From positions 1 to 32,703 of the forward strand of contig CAXNAD020000069.1 of the NCBI GenBank assembly GCA_964200185.2: a stretch of 32,703 nt of DNA, read 5' to 3'. The position numbers and the translations under genes were made by a program. The DNA is from Choristocarpus tenellus KU-1152 (taxonomy: Eukaryota > Protista > Phaeophyceae). The notes beneath the pieces are model-generated. The model had not been told where the DNA came from. It did not search any database and saw only the letters and a program-made list of their open reading frames with translations. Shown here one piece after another: positions 32,419 through 32,703 of the stretch (positions are counted from its first letter, which is position 1; each line of letters opens with the position of its first letter).

Positions 32419-32703
32419 CTCCCTAGACCTCTCTTGACCACCCTCTTACCCCTCGCCAGAGAGTGCAAAAGGGCATGCCACTCAGGTATCGCTAAGTACT
32501 CTACCCATGAGAACCATGGAGGATACCCTTGCTACTTCTGAAATGATGCTGCCAATGGTCTCACCAATCGTTTGTCCTCCAGTGTTCTGACAAAACCCGT
32601 TTTGACCCGGGGGGGGGGGGGGGGGGGGGGGGCCCTCGCGGAAAAAAAAAAAAGATACCCGAGTTGCTTCTATTGTGCCCTGCCCCCCGGGGTGGGGGGG
32701 GGG

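Noticed and set aside
31128-32703. True chromosome end/telomere
   Set aside because: The CCCTAA tracts are short, intronic and in the wrong orientation for a right-hand telomere, and the window ends in poly-G rather than TTAGGG.
1-32703. Prokaryotic systems (CRISPR arrays, operons, rRNA/tRNA genes)
   Set aside because: No regularly spaced repeat-spacer array or structural RNA gene was seen, and the gene structure is spliceosomal.

Overview
This is eukaryotic, intron-rich nuclear DNA. It is most consistent with a photosynthetic stramenopile, probably of the brown-algal lineage; that assignment is inferred from a bipartite plastid-targeting presequence, the splice-site style and intronic (CCCTAA)n tracts. 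The ORF track is mostly noise because the genes are spliced. Manual exon assembly gives eight genes: the 5' end of a myosin (-); a complete 7-exon GET4 (+); an intronless 430-aa orphan ORF (-); a 2-exon plastid/thylakoid-lumen-targeted protein of unknown function (-); an L7Ae/RPP38-like gene (-); RPS10 (+); a homocysteine S-methyltransferase (-); and the 5' part of an Hsp110/Sse1-type chaperone (+) that unexpectedly begins with a signal-peptide-like leader. Six of the genes form three head-to-head pairs. Two introns appear to use GC donors. Positions ~12.7-16.6 kb hold a decayed hAT-like transposon with a nested LINE 3' fragment and a MITE. Three MITEs share GRG(T/G)CA(A/T)AGTA-like termini. 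A 10-N assembly gap lies inside a poly-C tract. All gene models were translated by hand and are not supported by RNA data or database searches.
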